Shown here one piece after another: positions 1 through 8,137 of a stretch of DNA of 36,256 nt. The position numbers and the translations under genes are program-made. Under the pieces are notes generated by a model that did not search any database, was not told the origin of the DNA, and saw only the letters and a list, made by a program, of their open reading frames with translations. Source of the DNA: an uncultured bacterium (GTDB lineage: Bacteria > Zhuqueibacterota > QNDG01 > DTFT01); NCBI GenBank assembly GCA_963736115.1, contig CAVTNR010000026.1, forward strand, positions 1 to 36,256, written 5' to 3'. The first letter of the stretch is position 1, and each line of letters starts with the position of its first letter.

Positions 1-232
1 AGTGGATCAGATCTTTTGAATGCCAGATCAGCAGGCCGGGATAATACTCGAAAGAGGAGTGAACGATAAAATAATCGTCGCCGTCGCGTAAAAGGCTGGG
101 GTCCGGATAGTCGCCTGAGAAGACGGGGTTCAGAAAAAAGCCGCTTCCCCTGCCGCTGGGTTGCGTCTGGAACTGGGCATTCGCGGTCATGTTCATCTGG
201 ATGAGGAATGCGATTAATAAAATCTTCCGCAT
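1..232 (-). CDS. Glycoside hydrolase family 43 (beta-xylosidase/arabinofuranosidase), N-terminal part, runs off the window
   Basis: Not in the ORF track. Manual translation from ATG at 232: MRKILLIAFLIQMNMTANAQ...LNPVFSGDYPDPSLLRDGDDYFIVHSSFEYYPGLLIWHSKDLIH. Signal peptide plus the typical GH43 NP..G.YPDPS and SSF...PGL....S.DL motifs. Confidence 0.9.
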   Translation of the reverse strand, partial: MRKILLIAFLIQMNMTANAQFQTQPSGRGSGFFLNPVFSGDYPDPSLLRDGDDYFIVHSSFEYYPGLLIWHSKDLIH

Positions 233-393
233 ATTCCACCCGATTTTTTATAAACGCCGATATGCCCAGCAATGGAGGATGGCTGGGAGATGCCCGCCTG
301 AGGAAGGCGGGTATGAAAATATGCATTCACCGATCACACTCAACGATCGGGGCAGAGCCCCGACTGTGTCTGCGCGCCGGAGGTTATTCTACG

Positions 394-684
394 TCAGTTA
401 TTCTCTATGAAAAACGCCCTCGATTTTGTGCTGTTTTCCCTCAAATGCGCGATCTTGCCGTATTCCTCGGAAGAGAAGCACTTCCGCGCCTCATCCATGG
501 AATCAAAAGCAATGACAATCGCCCTCTTCGGGGCGTCTCCTGAAAACGGGACTATTTTCTCGCTTCTCGCGACATACACTCCCTTGTACGACCGGATGAC
601 AACCGCGACCTGCCGGACGTAATCCGAGTACATTCCCGCGTCGAGCACTTCGTCGACCAATACGACAAATATGACTTTTTTCAT
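394..684 (-). CDS. DUF1330 family protein
   Basis: 96 aa with the Y..Y.......Y.G.Y.AR, VIAFDSMDEA..CF.SEEY...R pattern of DUF1330. Confidence 0.85.
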   Translation of the reverse strand: MKKVIFVVLVDEVLDAGMYSDYVRQVAVVIRSYKGVYVARSEKIVPFSGDAPKRAIVIAFDSMDEARKCFSSEEYGKIAHLRENSTKSRAFFIENN

Positions 685-700
685 TCCAGCCTTTCTGGTA

Positions 701-1093
701 TTATAGGGTCTGCCTGCATTTCGGATTCCCGCACCTGCACTTCAGCTTTCCGTCGTGATGCGTCTCTCCGTAATCGCAGGTGATCTCCTCGCCTGCCCGG
801 ATGCGCCGGAGCGAGTAAACCTCGATGCGGTTTCTGAAAATACGGATGTATGCATTCGGACCGCAGGAATGGTTCAAATAACGGAACATATTCTCCGGGC
901 CCGAGCCGTCAATCGCACGCCTGTGGTCGATTTCCACGATGGAAATGCGCTTTTTCATCACGGCCCGTCTGCGGGCCTCACGCGTGGAAATCGGTTCGCC
1001 GATGAATTCGCCTATCTTTTTTCTGGCCGGTATGGCCCTGGCCGCGAACAATCCTTTTCCTTCAATGGGACTGCGCTGGATCGTGAAAGTCAT
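701..1093 (-). CDS. SET-domain protein-lysine methyltransferase with post-SET zinc site
   Basis: SPIEGKGLFA, RYLNHSCGPN, GEEITCDY and C-terminal CRCGNPKCR motifs. Start placed at MTFTIQRS (1093). Confidence 0.92.
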   Translation of the reverse strand: MTFTIQRSPIEGKGLFAARAIPARKKIGEFIGEPISTREARRRAVMKKRISIVEIDHRRAIDGSGPENMFRYLNHSCGPNAYIRIFRNRIEVYSLRRIRAGEEITCDYGETHHDGKLKCRCGNPKCRQTL

Positions 1094-1306
1094 AAATCCT
1101 TTATAATTTGACCTATGGGTAGAATTACTGATTATTATAACAAATGGCATTGAAAAATCAAGGGAAATCTCTGAAAATCAAAAGAAAAGTCGAAAAAAAT
1201 GAGCCTTCCAGGGGTTTTCAGCAATCCTCGGAATTTACATCTTGCCTTCCTGAGGCAGTCGCCAGGGCCTTCAACCCCTTTTAAAATAATAGATTGGTTC
1301 AAAGAA

Positions 1307-1380
1307 AGACCCCAGAGTCCAAAGGACTCCGGGGTCTGACGTGATCCCAGCGACCCCGGGATCCGAAGACCCCTGGGTCT
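1307..1380. repeat. Pair of GACCCC...GGGGTC hairpins (REP-like, possible terminator of the GH operon)
   Basis: AGACCCCAGAGTCC-AAA-GGACTCCGGGGTCT (1307-1337) and GACCCCGGGATCCGAAGACCCCTGGGTCT (1352-1380), just past the GH43 stop. Similar palindrome at 24933-24962. Confidence 0.6.
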
Positions 1381-1388
1381 TTTGTATA

Positions 1389-3014
1389 TTATTCCAATCC
1401 AATTCGATCACTGATGCGAAAGTAATCGAAATCCACGGTTCCGCCCGCGGACCGGGTGGCGAAGTTGAACAGCCCGAACCTGTAGCCCATGAAATGCGGC
1501 AAAGTGTACGCCATCTGCAGAACCGGGCCGATGCGATTCCAGGTCTTGCCGTCCAGGCTATAGTAAAAATATGCCTTGTCCGTACGCTCCCTGAAATCGC
1601 ATTCGATCTTAAAGTGCACGGTCGTTTGCGACAGCGGGACAGCCTCGATCTCCTCGATCCGATCGGACGGCCTGCCTCTCCGGGTCGGATCGGGCGGATC
1701 CGTTTGGACGCGGACCATGACGATACGCTTCTTTCCGTCTTCCATCCGTACGGCCGCGAAGCCGTATATCCTCTGCAGCGCGATCAGGCCCGCGCAGTCG
1801 CCGTCCTTCATGTTCGAAACGTCGATTTTCGTGACTCCGGAGCACACGGGCCCGAAGGTCCGCTGGGTCAGCATGTTGCGCGCCTCGAGCACCGTGCTGT
1901 CCACCCGGCCGGCGGTCAGGCGCAGGAATCCCTTGCGTTCGCCGATCGACCAGAAACGGGGGTCGGGATTGTGGTTCCACTGCCAGGCCAATGGCAGGAC
2001 CTTCGCCGGTTTGCGGTTGAATTCGTCCGAGCCCACAATATTGGCCGGCCCTTTGCCGTTGTCCGTGATATCGAGAGTGTCCGGCGCTTTTCCGCCGATT
2101 CCCAGTACGGGCCAGCCGTCCTCCCAGCGAACCGGCACCAGCCAGGGACTGCGGCCGACAGCGCCGTTGTCCTGGAACAGCATCGCGAACCACCGGCCGT
2201 CCTGCGTGTCGATCAGGCACCCCTGCGCGATTCCCTTGTCCTGCAGAACGACCCTGCCCTCATAAGGGCCGGTGATTTTTTCCGCCCGGTGAATGATCTG
2301 CGTGCGCATGCCGCCGCGCGGCCAGGTGATGTTCATGACATAGTACCTGCCGTTGATCTTGCGCAACTGCGAACCCTCTGCGCGAAGCATGATGTCTCCG
2401 CCTGCAACCGCGCTGGCGTTCGGTATGACCACGTCGTTGAATCCGCCTTCCTTGATGCCCGACAGGTCCGGCTCCAACTCCACCAGCTGGAGGTCTCCGA
2501 CGCCGTACAGCATGTACACGCGCCCGTCATCGTCGAAGAACAGGGAATTATCGTGCAGGGACGGTTCGAACGAGTTCGCCTTCCAGTCGCCCTTTTCGAT
2601 ATCCCTGGTTCTGAAGACGTGGGTTCTGCCGCTGGTGGCGGAAAACGTGGTCACATAATACATGCCGCCATGATACCGCAGGCTGCTCGCCCAGGAACCG
2701 CGGCCGTATGTGCTTTTGCCGTTTTGGAGGTTCATAGCGTCGTTTTCAACCAGCCGGTCATAGGCGTAATTGATGATTTTCCAGTTCACCAGGTTTCTGG
2801 ATTTCATGATCGGCAGGCCCGGGCTCATGTGCATGGTCGTACTGCTCATATAGTACGTGTCGCCCACGCGGATCACGGACGGGTCCGGCACATCAGCCCA
2901 GATCACGGGATTGGCCGCCGGTTCGGCCCGAAGAACAGCTGGAAGTAAAAGACCGGTCAACAGCGCATGGATGGCAAACCGGTTTATTCTCATCGCACGG
3001 ACGGATTTTCGCAT
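1389..3014 (-). CDS. GH43 beta-xylosidase/arabinofuranosidase with C-terminal concanavalin-like domain
   Basis: Signal peptide; NPVIWADVPDPSVIRVGDTYYMSSTT, WASSLRYH, HDNSLFFDDDG, AEGSQ; C-terminal SDEF...WQWNHNPD...LTQRT...F.GYRFGLF. Confidence 0.95.
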   Translation of the reverse strand: MRKSVRAMRINRFAIHALLTGLLLPAVLRAEPAANPVIWADVPDPSVIRVGDTYYMSSTTMHMSPGLPIMKSRNLVNWKIINYAYDRLVENDAMNLQNGKSTYGRGSWASSLRYHGGMYYVTTFSATSGRTHVFRTRDIEKGDWKANSFEPSLHDNSLFFDDDGRVYMLYGVGDLQLVELEPDLSGIKEGGFNDVVIPNASAVAGGDIMLRAEGSQLRKINGRYYVMNITWPRGGMRTQIIHRAEKITGPYEGRVVLQDKGIAQGCLIDTQDGRWFAMLFQDNGAVGRSPWLVPVRWEDGWPVLGIGGKAPDTLDITDNGKGPANIVGSDEFNRKPAKVLPLAWQWNHNPDPRFWSIGERKGFLRLTAGRVDSTVLEARNMLTQRTFGPVCSGVTKIDVSNMKDGDCAGLIALQRIYGFAAVRMEDGKKRIVMVRVQTDPPDPTRRGRPSDRIEEIEAVPLSQTTVHFKIECDFRERTDKAYFYYSLDGKTWNRIGPVLQMAYTLPHFMGYRFGLFNFATRSAGGTVDFDYFRISDRIGLE

Positions 3015-3038
3015 GAAAAACCCCTTCTCCCTTTCACT

Positions 3039-6000
3039 TCAGATGACTGTCTTGAACCGGATGACCGTGACGGAATGCCCCGGGAAGGTGTGCGTCCAAT
3101 TGGGGCCCGCGTCCGTGACGACGAAACGCCTGGGCGCGGTCCGCAACGGGCTCTCCACGGAATTGACGTCTTCGAGCCCGCCCGTCATGACTTCTCCGGA
3201 AGCAGTGGGATGGATTTTCGCGCCAGCCAGGTCCACGGTCAGGGTCTGATCCGTGTCAAAAATATTGACGACCTTCAGAATGATGTCGCCGGAAGCGTCT
3301 TCCCTGCTGGCGGCCGCGAAGATCGGCTCTTCCGGATTCGGGGAGTCACCGCCGCTTTTCGACCACGCGCCCGGGGCCGGTACCGTCTGCGGGACGACTT
3401 TGCCCACAGGGAGGACCCGGTCGCCTTTCGCGTTGAAGAACATCTTCTGCACATAGTACGAGGGCGAACCGAAGCTGGCCAGCGTGTTGTACCCGATCAG
3501 GTCGGTGCTCCACTGACTGCCGCCCGGATCCACGCGTGTGAGCAGAGGGGCATAGCAGGTCATGATCACGATATCGGCGTTACGCTCCAGACCGGTCAGA
3601 AACGCCGCGTCGGACAGGGCGCACCGGAAGGAGGGGGTCAGGCCGCGAAGCACGCCGCGTTCCTGCGAGGCCCATTCGCCTTCGAAAATCTTCGGCCCCT
3701 TGCGGTCCGAGTTGTCGTACAAATGGGCATTGCGTATGGCGTCGCCCGGCGACATGTAGTGGTGGTTGTCGATCACGTCATGCGGCACGCCCGGATCGAC
3801 TGTGGCGATGACCTGAAGATGGGGATACTTGGCCTTGATCGCGTTGTTAAACATGGCAAAGCGGCCTTCCGGGCCGCGGTAACTGGCCGCGCCGTTGTTG
3901 AGAAAATCCTCATTGCCGATCTCGACATACGTCAGCTTGAATGGTGCAGGATGCCCGTCCCGGGCCCTGCGGCTGCCCCACTCGGTCGACGCATCGCCGG
4001 TGATGTATTCGATTTCATCCAGCGCCTCCTGAATGAACGGCTTCAGGGCTTCGCCTGTGATGACGTCATGGCCGCCGTTGAGGTGCAGGCCGGCATAAAC
4101 GCCCAGCACCGGCTCCATGTTCAGCTCTTCGCACCATTCGAGAAATTCCAGCAGACCCAGACCATCCGATGACCGGTAGCCCCAGGGGCTCATGTGGCCT
4201 GGCCGGTCTTCCCAGGGTCCGATCATCTCTTTCCAGTTGAAACGATTCTCGAAATTCAATCCCTCGACATAATTTCCGCCCGGAAAGCGGAGGAACGCGG
4301 GGCGCATGTCGTCCAGCAGCCGCATGAGATCCGGCCTGAAACCCGTGACCGGACGGCTTCCGAGTGCCGCGCTCGTCCGTTCCGTGAACACGGGCGGGAA
4401 CAATGATACGAGAGTGAAACGGACCGTGCCCTTCGAACCCGCGGCTATCACGAAACGGGTTTCGGCCGTGGCCGCTACTTTACCGGTTTTCAGCATCACC
4501 GTGTGACGTTTCCATTCACCGGAAACGGCCGGGACAGTCGCGGACGCGTAAACGGTTGCGCCGTCATTGGATTCGATGGAAACAGTCAGGGGACCGGAGA
4601 AGCCGCCTGAGGCTTTGGCGTAAAAGGAACATGTGTAGGACCAGTCGGGTTTGACCGGAATGCCCCAGTACCCGTCATTCGCGACGCCCACGCGGCCGCC
4701 TGCGGGCACTTTGGATACCGTGAGCTTCAGGCTGTTCTTCAATGCGCCGGAGTTGACAGGATCGCCGGCATCCACGACCGCTGTGCCTTCAGCGCCTTTC
4801 GAGGCGACCCAGAACCAGTGAGGCGCGTCCCGAATCCAGTCGACCGGAGCCGTCACGAGCGGGCCATGATCGACCGTACTGCCTCCCTCGAATCCCATTT
4901 CCGGCTGCCAGACCCGGCCTTTCGAATCCGTGAACGGTTCGGACTGGCCGGCCCTCATCCGCAGGACCGCTTTAGAGGGCGCATTCTGCTGAACGATCTC
5001 GATCGCCTTGATGGCCGGATTCTCGTTCCGGGGCGTGAAAGTCACGCGGAACTCTCCGCCGGTCACATCGACGGGCACGGTTTCGATATAGGCGCGGTTG
5101 AAGCCCCCGGCCCTGACCCAGATATCGAAATCCTTGAATTCATGCCCCTGCACGTTCAAGGTAAAGACGCGCTGTCCCGGGCCTGCGATGCCCGAATACG
5201 TCTCCGCGAAATAGAGCTTTGCCAGATATTTTCCGTTTGGAATTTTGCAGGAGAAAGCGGCCATCGAATAATGCTCGCTTCTGAACAGGCCGGGCTCGTC
5301 GGTCCCCGCGGCCGGGGGGAGCATACCGCCTCCCGGCGGATCCGCGAAAATGCGGTTCCGGATCAATTCCCCGTAGAGTCCGCCTTCGTAGGAGTAGTTG
5401 ATTTCCTCGGTCATCAGGCCGTAGAAAAGGGGATTGATTTCAGCCCCGGGTTTGTCGGCCTGAACGATAATTCTGCCGGGACCGGCCGCCGCCGGGTCCG
5501 CGACCGCGACGCCCAGCAGGGAAAGCATCTCCACGGCGTACCGTTTCCCGAGCTCCCGATAGCCCGCTGGGGTGAAGTGCAGACGATCCGGACCGGCTTT
5601 GCAGCCACTGGAGGAAACGACGCGTGCATTGGGAATCGTCTCCGGGAGCTTCGCGATGATTTCATTCATGGCCGCGCAAACGCCTCCCTGATCTGCGTTC
5701 ACCACCTCGCCCGCGAGCAGAGGCGTTTCTTCGGGCTTGAGATGCAGATCCCTGACCAGGTTGTCATAAACCCCTTTGACCTTGCCGGGCCATTCCGGGT
5801 CGCCGGTGTTGGATTCTCCCTGGTGCAGAAGAATCCCCTTGATGACCCCGTCCTTCTGTGCCAGCCGGGCCGCCTGTATCAGGGCCTCGTAGGGATTCCC
5901 GTCGTACTGTTTGATGATGCCGGTCATCCACGACGGAGCGGCCGCGGCGTATTCCTGATACCGATCCTTCTGGAACAGTTCAATTTTACATCCCGCGACC

Positions 6001-6347
6001 GACACGTTGATCACGCCGACGCGTATCGTTTCCGGCAGGTTGTCCGCCATCGTTCTGCCGAAATAATCGGCAGGGCCGAGTCCCGTGTTGCCCCGGCACA
6101 AGGGGGGCACGGCCCTGTACCACTGACCCGTTTTTCTCTTCTGGCCCGGGAAATCGACTGCAGCCAGCATCTGAAAGCGGTCATCCACGCCGGTCGTGTC
6201 CCGGCCTTCGATGAACGGCGGGCCCTCCATGTTGGACTGGCCGAAGCACAGGAACACGTAAAAATTGGGATCCGGGGCCGCTGAAAAGGCCCGGGGGATA
6301 GAGAGCAGGGCCGCCAGCAAAAACAGCAATCCTGATTTCATTTTCAT
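3039..6347 (-). CDS. Fusion of CE6/SASA acetyl esterase, malectin-like insert and GH51 alpha-L-arabinofuranosidase
   Basis: FGQSNMEG, LHQGESN and D.LHF (SASA/CE6); YGLMTEEINYSYEGGLYGELIRNR, FLRFPGGNYVEG, VEIGNED, IFEGEWA, GLERNAD (GH51); LYFAE...GQRVF..FDI..AGG (malectin). Confidence 0.93.
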   Translation of the reverse strand: MKMKSGLLFLLAALLSIPRAFSAAPDPNFYVFLCFGQSNMEGPPFIEGRDTTGVDDRFQMLAAVDFPGQKRKTGQWYRAVPPLCRGNTGLGPADYFGRTMADNLPETIRVGVINVSVAGCKIELFQKDRYQEYAAAAPSWMTGIIKQYDGNPYEALIQAARLAQKDGVIKGILLHQGESNTGDPEWPGKVKGVYDNLVRDLHLKPEETPLLAGEVVNADQGGVCAAMNEIIAKLPETIPNARVVSSSGCKAGPDRLHFTPAGYRELGKRYAVEMLSLLGVAVADPAAAGPGRIIVQADKPGAEINPLFYGLMTEEINYSYEGGLYGELIRNRIFADPPGGGMLPPAAGTDEPGLFRSEHYSMAAFSCKIPNGKYLAKLYFAETYSGIAGPGQRVFTLNVQGHEFKDFDIWVRAGGFNRAYIETVPVDVTGGEFRVTFTPRNENPAIKAIEIVQQNAPSKAVLRMRAGQSEPFTDSKGRVWQPEMGFEGGSTVDHGPLVTAPVDWIRDAPHWFWVASKGAEGTAVVDAGDPVNSGALKNSLKLTVSKVPAGGRVGVANDGYWGIPVKPDWSYTCSFYAKASGGFSGPLTVSIESNDGATVYASATVPAVSGEWKRHTVMLKTGKVAATAETRFVIAAGSKGTVRFTLVSLFPPVFTERTSAALGSRPVTGFRPDLMRLLDDMRPAFLRFPGGNYVEGLNFENRFNWKEMIGPWEDRPGHMSPWGYRSSDGLGLLEFLEWCEELNMEPVLGVYAGLHLNGGHDVITGEALKPFIQEALDEIEYITGDASTEWGSRRARDGHPAPFKLTYVEIGNEDFLNNGAASYRGPEGRFAMFNNAIKAKYPHLQVIATVDPGVPHDVIDNHHYMSPGDAIRNAHLYDNSDRKGPKIFEGEWASQERGVLRGLTPSFRCALSDAAFLTGLERNADIVIMTCYAPLLTRVDPGGSQWSTDLIGYNTLASFGSPSYYVQKMFFNAKGDRVLPVGKVVPQTVPAPGAWSKSGGDSPNPEEPIFAAASREDASGDIILKVVNIFDTDQTLTVDLAGAKIHPTASGEVMTGGLEDVNSVESPLRTAPRRFVVTDAGPNWTHTFPGHSVTVIRFKTVI

Positions 6348-6386
6348 GGCAGGGTTCTCCTCTTTGGACTCAAACCGTTGTTATTG

Positions 6387-7943
6387 TCATTTCGCCCAGG
6401 CTTCGCCTTCCGGGGACCGGCGCCACTTGAAATAGGCGTCGAGAACCTTGAGCGATTCCAGGCTGGGAACCGGCCCGACATGCGGAGTCTGTCCGAAAAC
6501 CATGACGCCCGGGATTTGATCGTTGAAAGCCGGCCATTCGGGGACTCTTTCGTCGTTGGGATCTCCGGTCTTGGCGAAATTCGTCCAATACGTCGCCATG
6601 GCCTCCGAGATCGCCAGATCGGATTCCGTCGTCTGCGGATTGGATGGGTCGAGCGTCTTGAAGACGTACGCCACATCCTGGCCGTGCGGCGAGCCATAAC
6701 CGTATTGGGGAGAGCCTTCCGGATGATCCGGGTGCTGGTCGAAATAATACAGGTAGGCGGCCGATTTCCCCATTTTCGCCTGGAGCCGCACCCAGCTCCA
6801 CGTCTGCCACCCGAACGCGGCGTCCCGCGCCAGATCGCGGGCCGTCTTTGGGACCGAATTTTCGCCTACTGGATACGCCTTGAGCAGGTCGCCCGCGAAC
6901 CGGCCGTAGCGCGCCTCGACCCCGGCGATGAATTCCTTCGGATCCTTTTCGCGGGAGAAGCTGGCTCCCTCGTCCGAATTGTAACCCGCGAGAACGGGCG
7001 TGTCATTGAACCGGCCCGCCTCATAGAGCTTGTACTGGTCGTCGGGAATCACGGTTCCGTCGATGATCGGCCAAGCCAGCCCGCGAACAGCGGGGAGCTT
7101 CGCCGGTTCGATTTTTCTCAACTCGGCGATGGAGGAGGCGCCCGCGCTTTTCATGTAATCAAGCCCGCCCTTTTCCGCGTCCGCGAGGCGCTTCATGTTT
7201 TCGCCCGGATAGGTCGTGGGACGGGGAGGGCCGAACGAACCGCCGCTCTGCGAAATCGCGCCGTGGAAGAGTCCCTTCGCCAGGGGCGAGGCGCACAGCA
7301 TGCTGACCGCGATTCCCCCGGCGGATTCGCCGAATATCGTCACTTTGCCGGGGTCGCCGCCGAACGCGGCGATGTTTTTCTTCACCCATTGAAGACCCGC
7401 GATCATGTCGAGAAGGCCGTAATTTCCGGACACGCGATTGGGACTCTCTGCGCTCAGTTCAGGGTGCGCCATGAATCCGAGCATGCCAACGCGGTAGGCG
7501 ATGCTGACCAGGACGACGCCCTTACGGGCCAGGTGCTGGCCGTCATAATAGGAGGTTGCCCCTCCGTTGAATCCGCCGCCGTAAATCCAGACCATCACGG
7601 GAATGCGGTCATCCGCGGATTCGGCCGGCGTCCAGACGTTCAGATAAAGACAATCCTCACTCTGTTTTTCCCGGTTTCCCCATCCCTGAATCGGATCAGG
7701 GCCGAAACGGCCGGCCTGGAGAACCGTGTCCCATGGAACGACCGGGCGGGGCGCCTTCCAGCGCATGTCGCCGGCAGGCGGCGCGGCGAAGGGGATGCAC
7801 TTGAAAACCATGAGTCCGCCTTCAACGGTTCCCTGCACCCGCCCGCCCTCGACCTGCACGAGGGATGGCTGGGGCTGACCGGCGTTGCCGCATCCGGCGG
7901 CTGACGCCACCAACAGCGCGATCAAGAAAATCGTGTTTCTCAT
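6387..7943 (-). CDS. Type-B carboxylesterase, probable lipoprotein
   Basis: IPFAAPP.G..RW, SEDCLYLNVWTP, WIYGGGF, nucleophile motif FGESAGG; lipobox-like AAGC. Confidence 0.95.
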   Translation of the reverse strand: MRNTIFLIALLVASAAGCGNAGQPQPSLVQVEGGRVQGTVEGGLMVFKCIPFAAPPAGDMRWKAPRPVVPWDTVLQAGRFGPDPIQGWGNREKQSEDCLYLNVWTPAESADDRIPVMVWIYGGGFNGGATSYYDGQHLARKGVVLVSIAYRVGMLGFMAHPELSAESPNRVSGNYGLLDMIAGLQWVKKNIAAFGGDPGKVTIFGESAGGIAVSMLCASPLAKGLFHGAISQSGGSFGPPRPTTYPGENMKRLADAEKGGLDYMKSAGASSIAELRKIEPAKLPAVRGLAWPIIDGTVIPDDQYKLYEAGRFNDTPVLAGYNSDEGASFSREKDPKEFIAGVEARYGRFAGDLLKAYPVGENSVPKTARDLARDAAFGWQTWSWVRLQAKMGKSAAYLYYFDQHPDHPEGSPQYGYGSPHGQDVAYVFKTLDPSNPQTTESDLAISEAMATYWTNFAKTGDPNDERVPEWPAFNDQIPGVMVFGQTPHVGPVPSLESLKVLDAYFKWRRSPEGEAWAK

Positions 7944-7987
7944 GGATTGTTCCCTCTGGTTTAAATTATGAGTGTCCGGTTAAAATT

Positions 7988-8071
7988 GAGATTGCCTCAC
8001 CCCGCGGAGTTTACCCCGGACTTGATCCGGGGCCTGTCCCCGACTTGATCGGGGACGGGGCTCGCAATGAC
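7988..8071. repeat. Nested REP-like palindromic element
   Basis: Outer GAGATTGCC...GCTCGCAATGAC unit enclosing CCCCGGACTTGATCCGGGG (8014-8032) and GTCCCCGACTTGATCGGGGAC (8036-8056). Confidence 0.75.
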
Positions 8072-8137
8072 ACATTCTCTTTCTTGGCTCGTAAAAATAT
8101 TCTTTCCCTTTAACTGGACACTTTCTGGTTTGGATGT

